A stretch of DNA of 62,859 nucleotides, counting the filler, from Syncephalis fuscata S228 (taxonomy: Eukaryota; Fungi; Zoopagomycota), in the NCBI GenBank assembly GCA_025786725.1. It is 4 parts of 4 records of this genome, joined end to end, with 100 filler letters (N's around TTAATTAATTAA, not from the genome) between each part and the next. Parts side by side here need not be neighbours in the genome. Positions count along the whole stretch, not along the records: positions 1 to 24,563 come from JAHLTZ010000128.1; positions 24,664 to 48,196 come from JAHLTZ010000134.1; 2 more parts are not named here. One strand, 5' to 3'. Each line of letters begins with the position of its first letter. Position 1 is the stretch's first letter. Made by a program: the position numbers and the translations under genes. Positions 13,831 to 26,879 of this stretch are shown piece after piece. Under the pieces are notes generated by a model. It ran no database searches. It was given only the letters and a program-made list of their open reading frames with translations, and had not been told where the DNA came from.

Positions 13831-14599
13831 AAAGAAACTTGAATACTATTTACTAATAATAAAAAGTAGCTAGTTACATACCTGTTCTCTGCGTAATTAG
13901 AAAATAGGAACTAAAATATAATAGAAAATGTGCAAATTTGATTAGTATAGCTTATTGCAGAGTAACCATGTATTGCGCTATAGCTTCTTGAGCATAAGGA
14001 CAAAGTGTACGTATATTTACCATGTGACCGTAGACAGTGCTGGCTACTCTATTCGACACAGTTAAAAGCAATAATAAATTTGGCCAAAAACAATTTGCTT
14101 TAATGATTTTATTAGATGGATTGCATTAGTATTCAACATATAAGCCATTGGTATTTACTGTGGCTACAAGCTTGAAACTGGTCCCATTTAGCTGCTTTGC
14201 GTGCCGCCTAAATGATCGGCATTGTTTGAAATAAAGCCATAGCTGATATTGCCAAATAAACAGATTTACTTGCTATGCTACATGTAAAGTTTAGCATAGA
14301 TCATTTTTACGCTTAGTCGGTTAAGCCGTGTAATCTAGATTTAATCCATCAGCTTATCACGTTGTAAAGGGCTTACCAATATTAACGTTCAGACAATATA
14401 ATGACAGCAATAAAGACTCTTTTGCAATAAGTGTACAAGAAAACACACGGTTTACTACATATTACACTAATAGTTACATGTACTGAAGATTCTACTGGAA
14501 TGGTTGTAGCTGCTTATACGGAAGACTAAGAGCAATTGCGTAGTACATTGGTCATAGACGGTTTTAGACGACTCATGTTTTATTACGACATTTTCCACA

Positions 14600-15240
14600 A
14601 CTATCACAATACATAAGCTGGCTTTACCGCTCCTCCGAACCAACATGCACCTTTATCTTCTCTTTCTACTCTTTACCACTCGATATACACTACACTCATT
14701 CGCCCTTACTGCCATTTGTTGTCCAATATGCTTTGCACTTGCTAGACGTCTAATGATTACAAGATCACTGCTGGTTGCTGCTATATGTACTAAGGTCGGT
14801 AAACGGGCGTGGGTGGTGCGATGCAGTTGTGCCTTTTGGCTATGAAGCACTGGATATGCAGTGTTCTAGAAGCTATATATTACGCAGTGTGTACTCCAGC
14901 ATGCTGTAGAAGGCGCTTGTCTGCACATAGTTGATTGGTCTTTTGTATAGTAACATTGGTACGCTTACCGTGTGTTTGTTTGCGAGGTTGCCTTGCTGAG
15001 TATCTGGCTGTTGAGGCGACATAAGATTTGCGCTTGAAGATATCTGATATCTGATGGGCAGAGCAAATATTGTTTGGACAACCACTACTTATTGCGGTGT
15101 AGTCAAGCAGCAAACATCATTGGCACATGTGGCTCATCTCGTTTACTGACCCTTTCAATAGATATAGATTTAAGCGATATTTAGATTTGGCAAGAACAGG
15201 GCCACAATATGCTGTACAGTCATCCGGTTTGTATAGTCTA
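14600..15240 (+). pseudogene. Decayed or orphan transcription unit, paralogue of 17320-18240
   Basis: TATA-like box, pyrimidine-rich start (MHLYLLFLLF...), GGCGTGGGT...GCA.TTGT.CTTTTGGCTAT and TTTCAATAGATATA blocks shared with the 17.3-kb copy; no long intact ORF. Confidence 0.45.
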
Positions 15241-15249
15241 TCATTATTT

Positions 15250-15900
15250 ATGTATTCTTTGTTTAAATAAATAAATGTAGCATTTCTTATTTATTAACAT
15301 ACTACTATTAGTTGCGTTCATATAAATACAGACATCTTCCCATTTAATAATAGTACTAGTTGTTTCTGCTATTGTTATTACACTGATAATAAACAACCTA
15401 TTAAGCCATTGAATGTGCTTTGAAGGCAAACGATTAAATTGAATGTTATTAAATTTATTGAAATGATGGTGGGTGGTGAGTGACATCAATCATCAAATAC
15501 TCATCATTGTAGATTTATTATCCAGTATGCATTTCACCTATATCATTTCCATTATATCCTACACTATTATATATCATTATATAATATGCTAGACACATTC
15601 TATTTGGTATCAATCACAATAAACTTGGTCCACTCATTGTATTATGTATACTATAGCTTCAGTACCATTATTCATACACTTTACTGCATATTCATTTTAA
15701 TATATGCCATCTTATATGCACTTTGCTTTTCTCTATCCGAAACTATTGCTTTTTGTTGCTAGCTTTGTTATTAATAAGTTTCAGCTTATTCCAATCATTC
15801 CAGTATACTCATTACATTTATTATTTTATTCACTGCTATTGATTTTAACTTATTTACTATTTCTTTTTTAAATTGTAGATTAACCAATATCTTTAAGTAC
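15250..15900 (+). repeat. Repeat family A arm plus internal subrepeat
   Basis: ATGATGGTGGGTGGTGAGTGACATCAATCATCAAATACTCATCATTGTAG near 15462-15512; the next ~90 bp are almost identical to the reverse complement of 3250-3345. Confidence 0.88.
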
Positions 15901-17319
15901 AAAATCTATGTCATATTAACAATCAAATAATTATATCAATGTAATTATTACAAGCACATAGTAAACACTCATGTTCATTAATTAGTATAACCGATTGATC
16001 AGTTGATATTGAAATACCTTATGTGGCATATTGGAACATCACATTATTATATAGTTTTAGCCAAATATATGTCTACGGATGCCATCAAATCACATAGACA
16101 AAAGGCAGGACAATAATTCAGCACACATATTCATTTACAAAGCTCAATTATGCCAAACAGTAATCAGCAGTAGTTTTGTGATTGTTAAGTATATAGCAAG
16201 TGTAAATCATATTGAGCAATAGATAATGGCAAGAAATATAAGAACATAAAGTTTGATTCAGAAAAAAGCAGTAAAGCCACTTTATGCCGCAAAGCCGAAA
16301 CAGATGGAGAGTATTTGCGTTACACGATGCAGTTGATTAAGCATAATGGATAGATACTAGCTGCAAATTCTATTTCACTTATATTTTTATAACCAACTAT
16401 ATAAATAATGTACTAATACCATAAGCAATATAATTTTATGTTGCTTCCATTTTATACTAATAAAATAAAAATAATCATTATTTGCTAATAATTGTAAAAC
16501 TGTACAATTGATAAGAGCTGAAACCAACACAAAAATAAATCATTGATGACCAATTAAGTTGTTTTACTGATATATATATATGTAGTTGGAGGATATAAAC
16601 GACAAGGAATTAGAGCAATGTAGCTTCTAAACAAAGGCAAAACCAATATTATACATAAGACGTCATTTGTGCTTTGATGGCAAAAACGCTATGATCGGGA
16701 TACACGCCGCCACATAATTCCTTCCTCCGCCTTTATTTGACTAAGCCCAATATGTCAGTATCGGAGGGTTTATCGGTATTTGAATATAATTCATATCACT
16801 AAAGCAATGTTAGAATACACAGATTAATCTTTTAAACAAGTTTATTATTAAAAATGATATCAAGTGCAAATACAGCTGTCGTGTTTCAGCGTAAAGCAGC
16901 TCTATTTTGTTTCAGACACGATAATGTTTTATTTTATTAATATGAAATAAAGACAATAAATAAATTATTAACTATAACACCGACATAATGTTTGTACAGT
17001 TGGCTATAAATTCATGAGCAAACTACATGCATTACGTTATCATGTTAACAAAAAGGCTTAAATTAGGTGCATAGAAATGGGTGTAAATGGTCCCGAAACT
17101 TTGGAATGAATTGGCGCAGCTAACTAAATGGGGTATAAGGGCATATCAAAGCAGCAGTCTAATTGGCCAATTGACTGCGCCCTGATATCAGCCAGCACCG
17201 TGCACTCGATGACGACTATATGTCTCGGACATGTTCAGAGTAAACCAGTCATTTATGGTAATTTGCCAAGAATTTGCCGATAGTATAAACAAATGTCCGC
17301 ATCCTTCCGTCAGTTTTAC

Positions 17320-18240
17320 TGCTATATAAACTAGTTTTGCCACCGCCTCCCTCAGACTAGCCAGCATTTCTTTCTTCTTCTCTTTCTATCTTTCCTCACT
17401 CGATACCACACTCCTTGCTTACAATAATATTTTCTTCTTACTACACTTTTACTCATTCGTTGTCTCCTCATTCCAAGATCGTCGCTTACTATTTTACATA
17501 CTTGAGCTAAGTAATTGGCGTGGGTAGCGCAGTGCAATTGTACTTTTGGCTATATGATAGATAGCGCTCTGAAGATATATAGTCTAATAACACTATATAA
17601 TGTGCATGTATTCCGACATGCCACAGAATGTGTTTCCGTACATGGTATAGTCGATTGAACAGCTGTTTGCGATTATTGGTTTTTGACTAGCGCTTGCAGG
17701 TGGTAGCTATGCCGGTAATTCTTGGGAATATAAGCAACATCATCATAGCATGTACTTCAGATGCAGACATATCTAAAGTACAGACATGTTGTTTATATGA
17801 TTGACACTAGCTTGATCCTTTATGACTATAATTTCGGCGCATGATATGTACATTATGTGTATACATCGTGTGCTATGTTTATGGTTTATTGATGATAGTA
17901 GTGATCGGTGGGTTTAACTGAATATGTAAACTGCGAAATCGAAAAACGTTAGTGATTTCCGTTTGAGGTAACAAACACAAAAGATTTCCGAACGTTGGTG
18001 ATGAACGATTGGGAGTCGACAACTGTCGAGTTCTAACATTTTTACGGTTTGGTATTATTCAGAGAACGTCTCAAGTGCGATGCAATGCGATTCTCCACAT
18101 CTTGCTATAGTTAATTTACACGACAAGTTACTTATGCTGTTTTCAATAGATATATATATTTAGGAATTGCTTAGACTCATCAAAAACAGAACCACAAGAC
18201 GCCATTTGCTTATTTGATCTATATTATCGTATTAGTATTC
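17320..18240 (+). pseudogene. Decayed or orphan transcription unit, paralogue of 14600-15240
   Basis: TATATAAA at ~17323, then blocks colinear with 14610-15240; stops in all frames. Confidence 0.45.
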
Positions 18241-18249
18241 AGGTAATTA

Positions 18250-19160
18250 TTTTATTAAATAAATAAACATAGCTTTTCTTCTTGCAAACATCAATGCATT
18301 GCAACTGATTACGTTTAATGTAACTACACCGTGCTATCCATGTTTACAATGATATTGGTAATTTATTTAGTTGATTTTCTATTTTGTTAAGTTTATTACA
18401 GTTATATTAAACAATTTATTAAATACTTATAATTTAATGGCCAAATGACTAACATTTAATAACATCCAACCTATTGAACATGATGATGGGCGGTGAGTGA
18501 CGTCAATCATCAAATACTCATTATTATAGATTCATTATCCAATATGCATATATTCTCTATCCATTTATATCGTTATTCCCATTCTGTCCCACACTACTAT
18601 GTATCATTCTACAATATACTAGACACATTCTATTGTTTATATGTTTCAATAAACTTTACTCATTTCCCTCATTGCACTATATGCACTATAACTTTAACAT
18701 TGTTTTTATAATTTCTTACCGTATATTTATCATTCTATGTATAATTCTATACTCACTTAGCCTTCCTCTATCTAAAACTGGTTTTACTTTTGCTCTAGCT
18801 CTATTATTAACAAATGTCGACTAATTCTGCTCATTGATCATGCATATATGCTCAATAGCTTCAACGCTACTAATCGTCACTTTACATTGCATATTCTTTA
18901 TATTGTATATTACTCTACTGTCTAGTAAATACGCGCTAGCTATTGCGGTTGTTTGTTTGACTCTAGCTTTATTATGAATAAATCTTGGTTCCCTTTATTC
19001 TTAATCATAAACTATATACACGCAACTTTAGCACAGCTAATCGTCACTTCAGTCTGCATATTCATTATGTTATTTTATTGATTTAACATACAAGAGCTAC
19101 AAGCTGTTTAGAACTGTTGTCTGTTTGGCTCTAACTGTATTGTTAATAAAGTTCAGCTCA
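18250..19160 (+). repeat. Repeat family A arm plus internal ~168-bp tandem subrepeats
   Basis: Core motif at ~18472-18530; interior colinear with 53700-54230; CTCTARCT anchors at 18793, 18961 and 19129. Confidence 0.88.
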
Positions 19161-19370
19161 TTTACTCATTAAGCTGTATGTAATCGAAAAGACTGTTTAT
19201 TATAGCATAGAATGACATATAATAGTATGAAATAGAATAGGAGTGCTATAAGTAGATGAAGGATTATGCGTACTGAATAGTAATAATCTATGATAAGAAT
19301 TTAATTTAATTTATTAATGAAAAATTAGAAAAATACATTGTTTTTAATTTAAATTTTTCATTTTCTTTAA

Positions 19371-20690
19371 ATAAATACACTGTTTTTTAAGTTGCCCCAT
19401 AATAATTCCTTTTTTAAATTTATTAAACTTATTTATTAAATAAATATACTTTTAATTGTATTTATTGCAGTACACCAATTTAAAAAATTCATCAAATGTC
19501 TACCAAACTGTTTAAAGAAGCTATATTTACTGTATTAAAAAACTGACGCCCGCTGTTGGCGAGTTTAAGCTTGTTAACGGTTGCAATTTTAAAGTAAAAA
19601 TAGCGATTTAACAAGATTACAGCTTATTTGCCCTCATAAACACCGTTTCACCAGCAAATGCCAGTTTATCTTGACTGCCAAGAGGCAAAAAACTGGCTTG
19701 GTACAGATTGTTCAATGCAATATTAAGCATTTTAATAGTTGTCCATATGCTTTTGATAATAATACTATTAGATTTATTACTATGTTACAATAATGCTGCT
19801 ACATTTTTAAATATAAAATCTACAGATCTACAAGTAAAAGCATTAAGGTAAGTACATATTTGATTATTTAATGTATACTAATAATGCAATAGCTTAACAA
19901 ATGCTATTATTTTTATACAAGACTTGGTATGCTTTGGTTCAATAAAAATGCATTGCTATAGCACCAGTAACAAATGCTGTAACTTTAATCAAGTAACAAA
20001 GAAGGAAAAGAAATAGAAATAGTAGCTCAGTCAAATGTTTTAATATCAATTTAATAAAAAATATTGCTATCATCAAATAACTTCAACTTTTAACAATAGT
20101 TTAAATTAGCAAGTTTTATAACAAAACTGTAATTGTATAGATGTTGTAATAAATTAAAATAAACTGAATTATAAAAAGCATATTTATTGCTAGTTAAGTA
20201 ATAGTATTGTGTGTTTACAATGTTATTGAATAAGAGTTACAAAACTTAAAATTCCTGATGGGACAAAAGTTAATTACAATAAATGCGACGAATTTAATTT
20301 AAACCTTTGTTTTTTGTGTAATTAAGTTAATTTTAGCAATATTAATAGTAACGCCAATCATGTTCTATTTGTTAAAGACTCCCAACAATATACTTGTAGT
20401 AAATACATTTAAAAAATACAATACAAAAATATGCTGTGTAAAATTAGTACTAGTAGTATTAAAACAACAGTTAATGTTGTAATAAACGTTTTTTATTGAA
20501 CAAATACAAACTAGTTATGAAACAGAGCAAAAAAGAAAAAGTACCATTAAAAAGTATTTAATCCGTGGTAAACGTCATTATAAAAAACGAAGTGTGGAGC
20601 AAATAAAAAACGATTTTATTAACAAATAAATTTAATAAATTTAAAAAACTGCCTATTTTTCTAAATAAAATCAAAAAACGGTGTATTTTT
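19371..20690. mobile_element. Putative non-autonomous element with ~75-bp imperfect terminal inverted repeats
   Basis: AAATACACTGTTTTTT...TTTTTTAAATTTATTAAACTTATTT (19371-19445) versus the reverse complement of 20610-20690; contains the family B repeat and an intron-like remnant near 19848-19892. Confidence 0.45.
20262..20527 (+). repeat. Dispersed repeat family B (copy 1)
   Basis: Colinear with 36531-36797, e.g. AAAAGTTAATTACAATAAAT, AAAAATACAATACAA, AATAAACGTTTTTTATTGAA.AAATACAAACTA. Confidence 0.85.
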
Positions 20691-21014
20691 GTGACGGAAA
20701 CGTGGACGTATGAGCTAGGGAATTTGCCTATCCATATATTAATGGATGAATTTTGAGAAGAAGAGTTGTTTGTCTTAAAAATTCTAGTTTTCTCGTATTC
20801 AAAATAAACACTCAGTTACATTTTTCTAATTTCCCCCTATTAATAAGCCATATCCTTTGGTGTATTACCATGATGATTTAAGGGCTTATTGTTCGTAGTC
20901 AAACCTCATACGCTTGTTTATTTTGTTGTTTCCACTCCTTATCTCTAATATATCGACTAACACGACAGTGACTACTAATATATATTTTAATTGTCTAGTT
21001 CCTTGGAGTGCACG

Positions 21015-24000
21015 ATGCCGGCACAGATATCGGTACTGCCTTTTATCGGTCAGCTATTTGCTTTGCAACTACCGCCATACTTTTATCCACTGCTCTTGGC
21101 CTTTTGCGTTCTATTTGCCAATTCATTTGGATTCTCTTTCTCATTTACTCGACAACCAGCCTCTTCGTCGTCGTCTTCTTCTTCTTCTTCTTCTTCGTCG
21201 TCGTCGTCTTCGTCGTCTTCAGATTCGGCCACTGCTACCGGCAGCAGTGTTTCTCGAACGGCAAATAATTTACGCCGACGCCCGTTTTTCTTATCCGTAG
21301 TGCCAGTAGCACTACCACCAGTAGCATCACCAGTCGAGATGGTCTCGTGGGAACAGGTCAAGCACGAAGTAGTCCAATTTAAAGCGGCTCTACCACGTAC
21401 AGTTGCGTTGCGCGATATACAATTCGATCCACTACTTCGTCGAGCCTATTTTCTAGGACTAGACCCGTATGGCGATGTTCGTAGCAATTCGATTTATTAC
21501 ACAAATATTACGGCACCACAAAACAATCTAAATACAAATCCATCGACCGTATTCGCCACAAATACTCTGTCATTGGGTACTTAAAGCATTAGTGAATTAT
21601 GAATGTAGTATGGATACTAATTGAATAATGATTTACATGCTAGATGAATGTACCACAGCAACAACCGTTACAACTAATAAGCAACAGTCCAATGAGCCTG
21701 AGAATGATAGTGATAGTGATAACACAGCGACGATAACGTCAGAAACAGTAACTATTGCGGCTACAGATACTCTTTTAGAGACACAAGCGGTGACGCCACA
21801 ATTATCCAACCGAGGATGGCAGCATGCATTACCCATGAATTGGTTACGGGACCATTGGCAAACAGGCTATCAATAGAAGAGCAATTGAATAAAGAACGAC
21901 GTCGTCTATCGTCTGTAGATGGTATATCACATTTTCAAGTAGATTGGCCATCACGACGACTAATATTTTCATATGGACATGAAATCTATTACGCACAATT
22001 ACCCTCCACTATGGTAAATTCGTGTAATATTAGTATTAGTTGCAGTAGTTAATTAATACTGTTATTTAGGATGCTAATCCACTATTAAATCCGATAAAAA
22101 TCACCCAAAATGCGATAGAAGATTCTCGTTTTGATCCTAAATTAGGTGGCCAAAATCATGATCTTATTGCATTTGTACGTCATCGAGATTTGTGGATCAG
22201 TACACTGAATGGTGTAGAGACTCAACTTACCTTTACCGGTGATACACCGAGTATGAGTAGCGGTTTAGCCGAATTTGTTATTCAGGTAGGCTATAATAGA
22301 CGAGTTTACAACATAATATGAATTATAATTGGTATAGGAAGAGTTTGGTCGATTTACCGGATATTACTGGTCCCCAACGCAACATAAAGAAAAAGACCAT
22401 ACAGGCCATACGAAAGAAGAATTTATACTGTACACTGAGGTGGATGAATCAGCCGTAGAATGTGTCCATATTCCTCGAACAGGCACACAGAGAGATCATG
22501 AAGTACATCGATATCCACGGGCTGGTGAGTATCGATAAATCAATTAAACGATTTAATTAATACAGTGTACTTTAGGTGGTAGTAATGCCAGTGTAGAACT
22601 ATGTCTAGTCAGATTTCATTTAAATGAAGGATCAGTTGATAAAGTGAGTTGATTTAATATAGAATAAACAGATAATTTATACATGATCATGATTAGTATA
22701 CGAATTCAATTGAAAGACTATGGGGTAAAAACAATTTAAAGCAGCTTTTCCCTTGGTATGAATATATGGTTAGATTTGGATGGCTAGACGATGGTGTAAA
22801 GTAAGTAGAATGTATAGTAATATTTATATACTTATTGCAATATAGTATATGGGTTCAGTTATTGGATCGTAAACAACAGAGAACAGTGTTTGTACGTGTG
22901 CCTATTGCATGTTTTTCACCAACAAATGATACTGCCACAGATGAAACAGTTGAGTTGCTGTATGAAGAATCAAGTCTATATTGGATTAATGTAAGTTGTA
23001 GTTAACAACAACAATAATAATAATAACAAATATACATATAAACAACCAATTAACGATTTAATGAAAAGATTACCGATATTATACATTTTATACAAACGCC
23101 TAATGACTACAATGACCAGCATACAATATTTCTAATGGCCAGTGAACAGTCTGGTGTTCGACAGATTTATCGTATTGTGACAAATGATGGTGTTTGGCAG
23201 TCTACACCAATTACCCACCTCAATTGCATGTTATTAACTCGCCCATTGGTATTGATACACAGTTACAGCAGATCTATTTCATGGCCAAGTCGGATACGCC
23301 ACTTGAGACTTATTTATGGAGTACTCAAATGGCATGTCATGCAGATGATGGTCAGCACGACAACTAACTGGACGTGGTCGATCGGTGATGTCATTCTTTG
23401 TTGATGCTACTTCCAATGTGGTGGCTGTACAGACATCTAATGCACGTGATGGCATGACATGGGAACTATTAAGTATACTTCCAGAGGAGACACCACAGTT
23501 AGCATTAATTAATCGGATAATGACACTTGAACGACATTCACTTACACCGGTGCCTGAATTCTTTGAATTTACAGCAGATAGTGGTAATAATATTGGTTGA
23601 TATGACAATTGAATGGATGAAATATTTATTAATTAACATTGATAGGTGTTACACTTTATGGCTGTTACTATAAGCCTGATGGCTATGAGCCTGATGCCCG
23701 TTATCCAACACTGCTTCACATCTACGGTGGCCCATGTTCTCAGCTAGTGACCGATGAGTTTAAATATCCTCGCCATTTACGTTTGCATTTGGCGGCTCGA
23801 CTTGGATTTGCCGTGGTGATTATCGATGGTCGTGGTTCAAGTAATCGTGGTCTTGGCTTTGAATCGGCACTTAAAGGGAAATTAGGCCATGTTGAACTAT
23901 CTGATCAACTTGTCGGCTTGCGATGGCTAGCTCGTGAACACGGCATTATTGATCTTGATCGCATAGCTATTGCTGGATGGTCCTACGGTAAACTATGCAT

Positions 24001-24487
24001 TACTCACTAGTAGTATACATACTAATACCGGCTGTAATGACTAGGTGGCTATCTATCGCTTATGGGCCTTGCTTTGTATCCAGACGTTTTTAAAATGGCC
24101 ATTGCTGGTGCACCGGTCACTTCGTGGCAAGAATATGACTCGGCCTACACCGAGCGATATATGGGATTGCCCTTGGATAACGCAAGAGGATACAAACTAA
24201 GCTCTATTATGAATTATATTGATTATTTTCCCAACGAGTAAGTCTAATTTGTAGTTAATGTTGTGGAACTAATATAGAGTAGAGAGAATCGTTTACTAGT
24301 AGTGCATGGATTGATGGATGAGAATGTGCATTTTACCCACACAGAACGACTTATTAATGCGTTGATAAAACGAGATAAGCCTCATGGTATTCAGATTTAT
24401 CCAGGTGAACGACATGGACTACGTAGTGCCGATGCAAACGAGCACTATGAAACGCTAATGTTCTGGTGGCTACTTAATCATTTGTAG
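21015..24487 (+). CDS. Dipeptidyl peptidase IV family (S9B), DPP8/DPP9-like
   Basis: SIEEQLNKERRR, FVIQEEFGRFTGYYWSP, HRYPRAG, LHIYGGP, IDGRGS, catalytic GWSYG, HGLMDENVH, YPGERHG. Start uncertain (21015, or the later MVSWEQ near 21339); indels near 21850 and 23220-23390. Confidence 0.92.
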
Positions 24488-24563
24488 TCGTATAAAATTA
24501 CAAGTATATGGTTATTTTGCATCAATTTGTACTTTTTAACGCGAAACTGTAGCGTATTTATTA

Positions 24564-24663
24564 NNNNNNNNNNNNNNNNNNNNNNNNNNNNNNNNNNNNN
24601 NNNNNNNTTAATTAATTAANNNNNNNNNNNNNNNNNNNNNNNNNNNNNNNNNNNNNNNNNNNN
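24564..24663. other. Artificial contig linker N44-TTAATTAATTAA-N44
   Basis: Six-frame-stop linker flanked by Ns; identical at three positions. Confidence 0.97.
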
Positions 24664-24664
24664 T

Positions 24665-26802
24665 GTTATTGAAATCAAAAGTAGATGTTATGAAAGAATA
24701 AGGCAGCTGACTAAACAAGAGCCAGATAATGTGAATCGCTTAAAGTCTTTTGAAAAGCTGAAGGAAGAACTGAAGCAACTTTATAAGAAATTACAAGAGG
24801 CAGCTGTGAATGCAATTGTTGTCCTGTTGGAACAGCCAGAAGTTAGCCAAGAAGATCGTGAATACGCGTATACTCAAAAAGAACTATGGACACATCATTG
24901 GGCACGGAATTTGCTTACATTATATAAGCGCAACAGGTTGGAATCTCTAAGTACGGCAATTCAAGACATTAAGCGTATACGTGGTAAGTATTATAAGCAT
25001 AATAAGTATTGTTTCATTAACTTACATATTTATTTATAAAGCACATAGAATTGCAGGCGAAAATAGTTTCTGTGTTCAAGTTGCATTAGATTTGAGTGGT
25101 ATAACTTTGGAAGAAAATTGGTTTATGATTGAACAAAGACCTGAAAGAACTGGAAGTTTTGTAAGTTGGGATTAAGCATAGTGCAGTTATATACCATAAT
25201 TACTAATATTATATATATGATTAGGTAAAAGGTAGTGGTGCATGGGTCATTCAAATAATTGATTCTGAGCGAAAGCCACTGGGTGTTATTAAAGCATTTT
25301 CCAGTATTGATGCTGGAAAGCGGGAAATTGCATTGTACCAGTATTTATGTACTGTACCAAATATTGCAAAGTATCTACCAGCATTTCAGCAGCGATTTAC
25401 TTTACTTCATATGCCAGCCATGGTAACCGATTACGTCGAAGCAAAGACGCACTACAAATATAACACTGCTGAGCAAATCACGTATGTTGAAAGTTTGATA
25501 AAGGTATGCTGGCAGCGATGGATGGTTAGATATCTTGCTAATATTATAATAGGCTGTTGAGGCACTACATAATATCGGTATTATTCATGGCGATATTAAG
25601 CCTGAAAATGTACGAATTAACAAAGAAACCAACGATGTCAAGTTAATCGATTTTGGATCGGTTTATGTCACCGAAGATGCACAGATACCTGATGAGTATG
25701 CTGATGCCAATGCTAACGGGATTACTGGCGGCACTGAAGGATACATGGCCCCAGAATACAAGGATTATGTCACCACTGCTTTGGATATGTATTCTGTTGG
25801 AAAGACAATAGAAGAAACGCTTAAAGTAAGATCATACTGCAGCTGAAATTAGCCATGCTTTACTAATAACCTGTAATGTTCATAGTATTCTAATATATGC
25901 CCAAACATGTATACAATGATCGATATGCTGACCAGAACAAGCCCATATGAACGATTTGGTACAAAAGAGGCTTTCAGGCTGCTGTCAACAATGCGATCGG
26001 AACAAAGTGAACTGGAAGCAGCGGCATCAATGGCAGTAACTAACAAAGGGAAGTTAAACGCTCAGCAACCAGTTGTATCTGCCAGACAGGGAAATGAGAA
26101 CGAGGTTTTTATGTCAGATTTATTTGATATGTTTAAGCAATTGAAACAAGACACTGCTGTATTGAAAAAAGACAACGATACACTGAAGCAACATAACGAG
26201 GCGCTAAATCACAAGATAGATGCTATGGAAAAAGGTCACCGAGAACAATTGACTGCAATAAAAGAAATGCTAGAAGCATTGCATAATAAACAGATGCATT
26301 TGTCAACGACTAGCAAAGGAAGAGGTAAAAGAGAACTGGAGGCTATGAATGAGATAGCGCCAAACAGCAGCAAAGAAGGCAAAAAAGAAGGCAAAGATTA
26401 TTGCTAAAGCAGCATCAAACACTAGTAACGAAAGCAAGAAAAGAAAGGCAGATAATGCAGTCAAGATTAATGACAAAGCAGTGTCTAATAAAAAGACACG
26501 AGCGTCAAATATAGGTAATTAGGCATATAAATACAAATAACACATACTAAATATTATTGTTGTTAATAGACAAAGAAGCCAAGCGACGTGATACAAACAA
26601 TCATTTTATAAACAAAACAGCATCATCAGTTCAAGCATCCAACTGTATAGAACAACATCATTTAGAAGAAGCAGATGCACAGCAGAATCGAAAGATGGCC
26701 ACTATGCCGATTCATAAACATAAACATCTGACGTGTACCAGTATAGTCGAACGTGACATAAACAATCAGCGACCAATTCGGCGTTGCAGACGTGTATACT
26801 AA
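24665..26802 (+). CDS. Divergent non-RD Ser/Thr protein kinase with helical N-terminal region, coiled coil and K/R-rich tail; 5' end lost in the gap
   Basis: Spliced VKGSGAWV...GVIKAF...KREIALY...HNIGIIHGDIKPENV...KLIDFGS...GTEGYMAPE...DMYSVG; one indel near 26385. Confidence 0.85.
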
Positions 26803-26879
26803 GTATTATATTCTATTCTAACACACCACACATGCATGTATTAATAAAGGCAATTGTATAATATTAATTGACCAATACT

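Noticed and set aside
16700-16790. Stem-loop CCTCCG...TGAC...GTCA...CGGAGG as an ncRNA
   Set aside because: Short stems and no tRNA, snRNA or snoRNA signature; no RNA gene could be supported anywhere in the window.
20850-20960. Possible U12 (AT-AC) intron starting ATATCCTTT
   Set aside because: Outside coding sequence, branch site is a poor match, and a 9-mer like this is expected by chance in AT-rich DNA of this length.
24608-24619. TTAATTAATTAA motif repeated three times in the window
   Set aside because: Always centred in 44+44 Ns; an artificial six-frame-stop linker.
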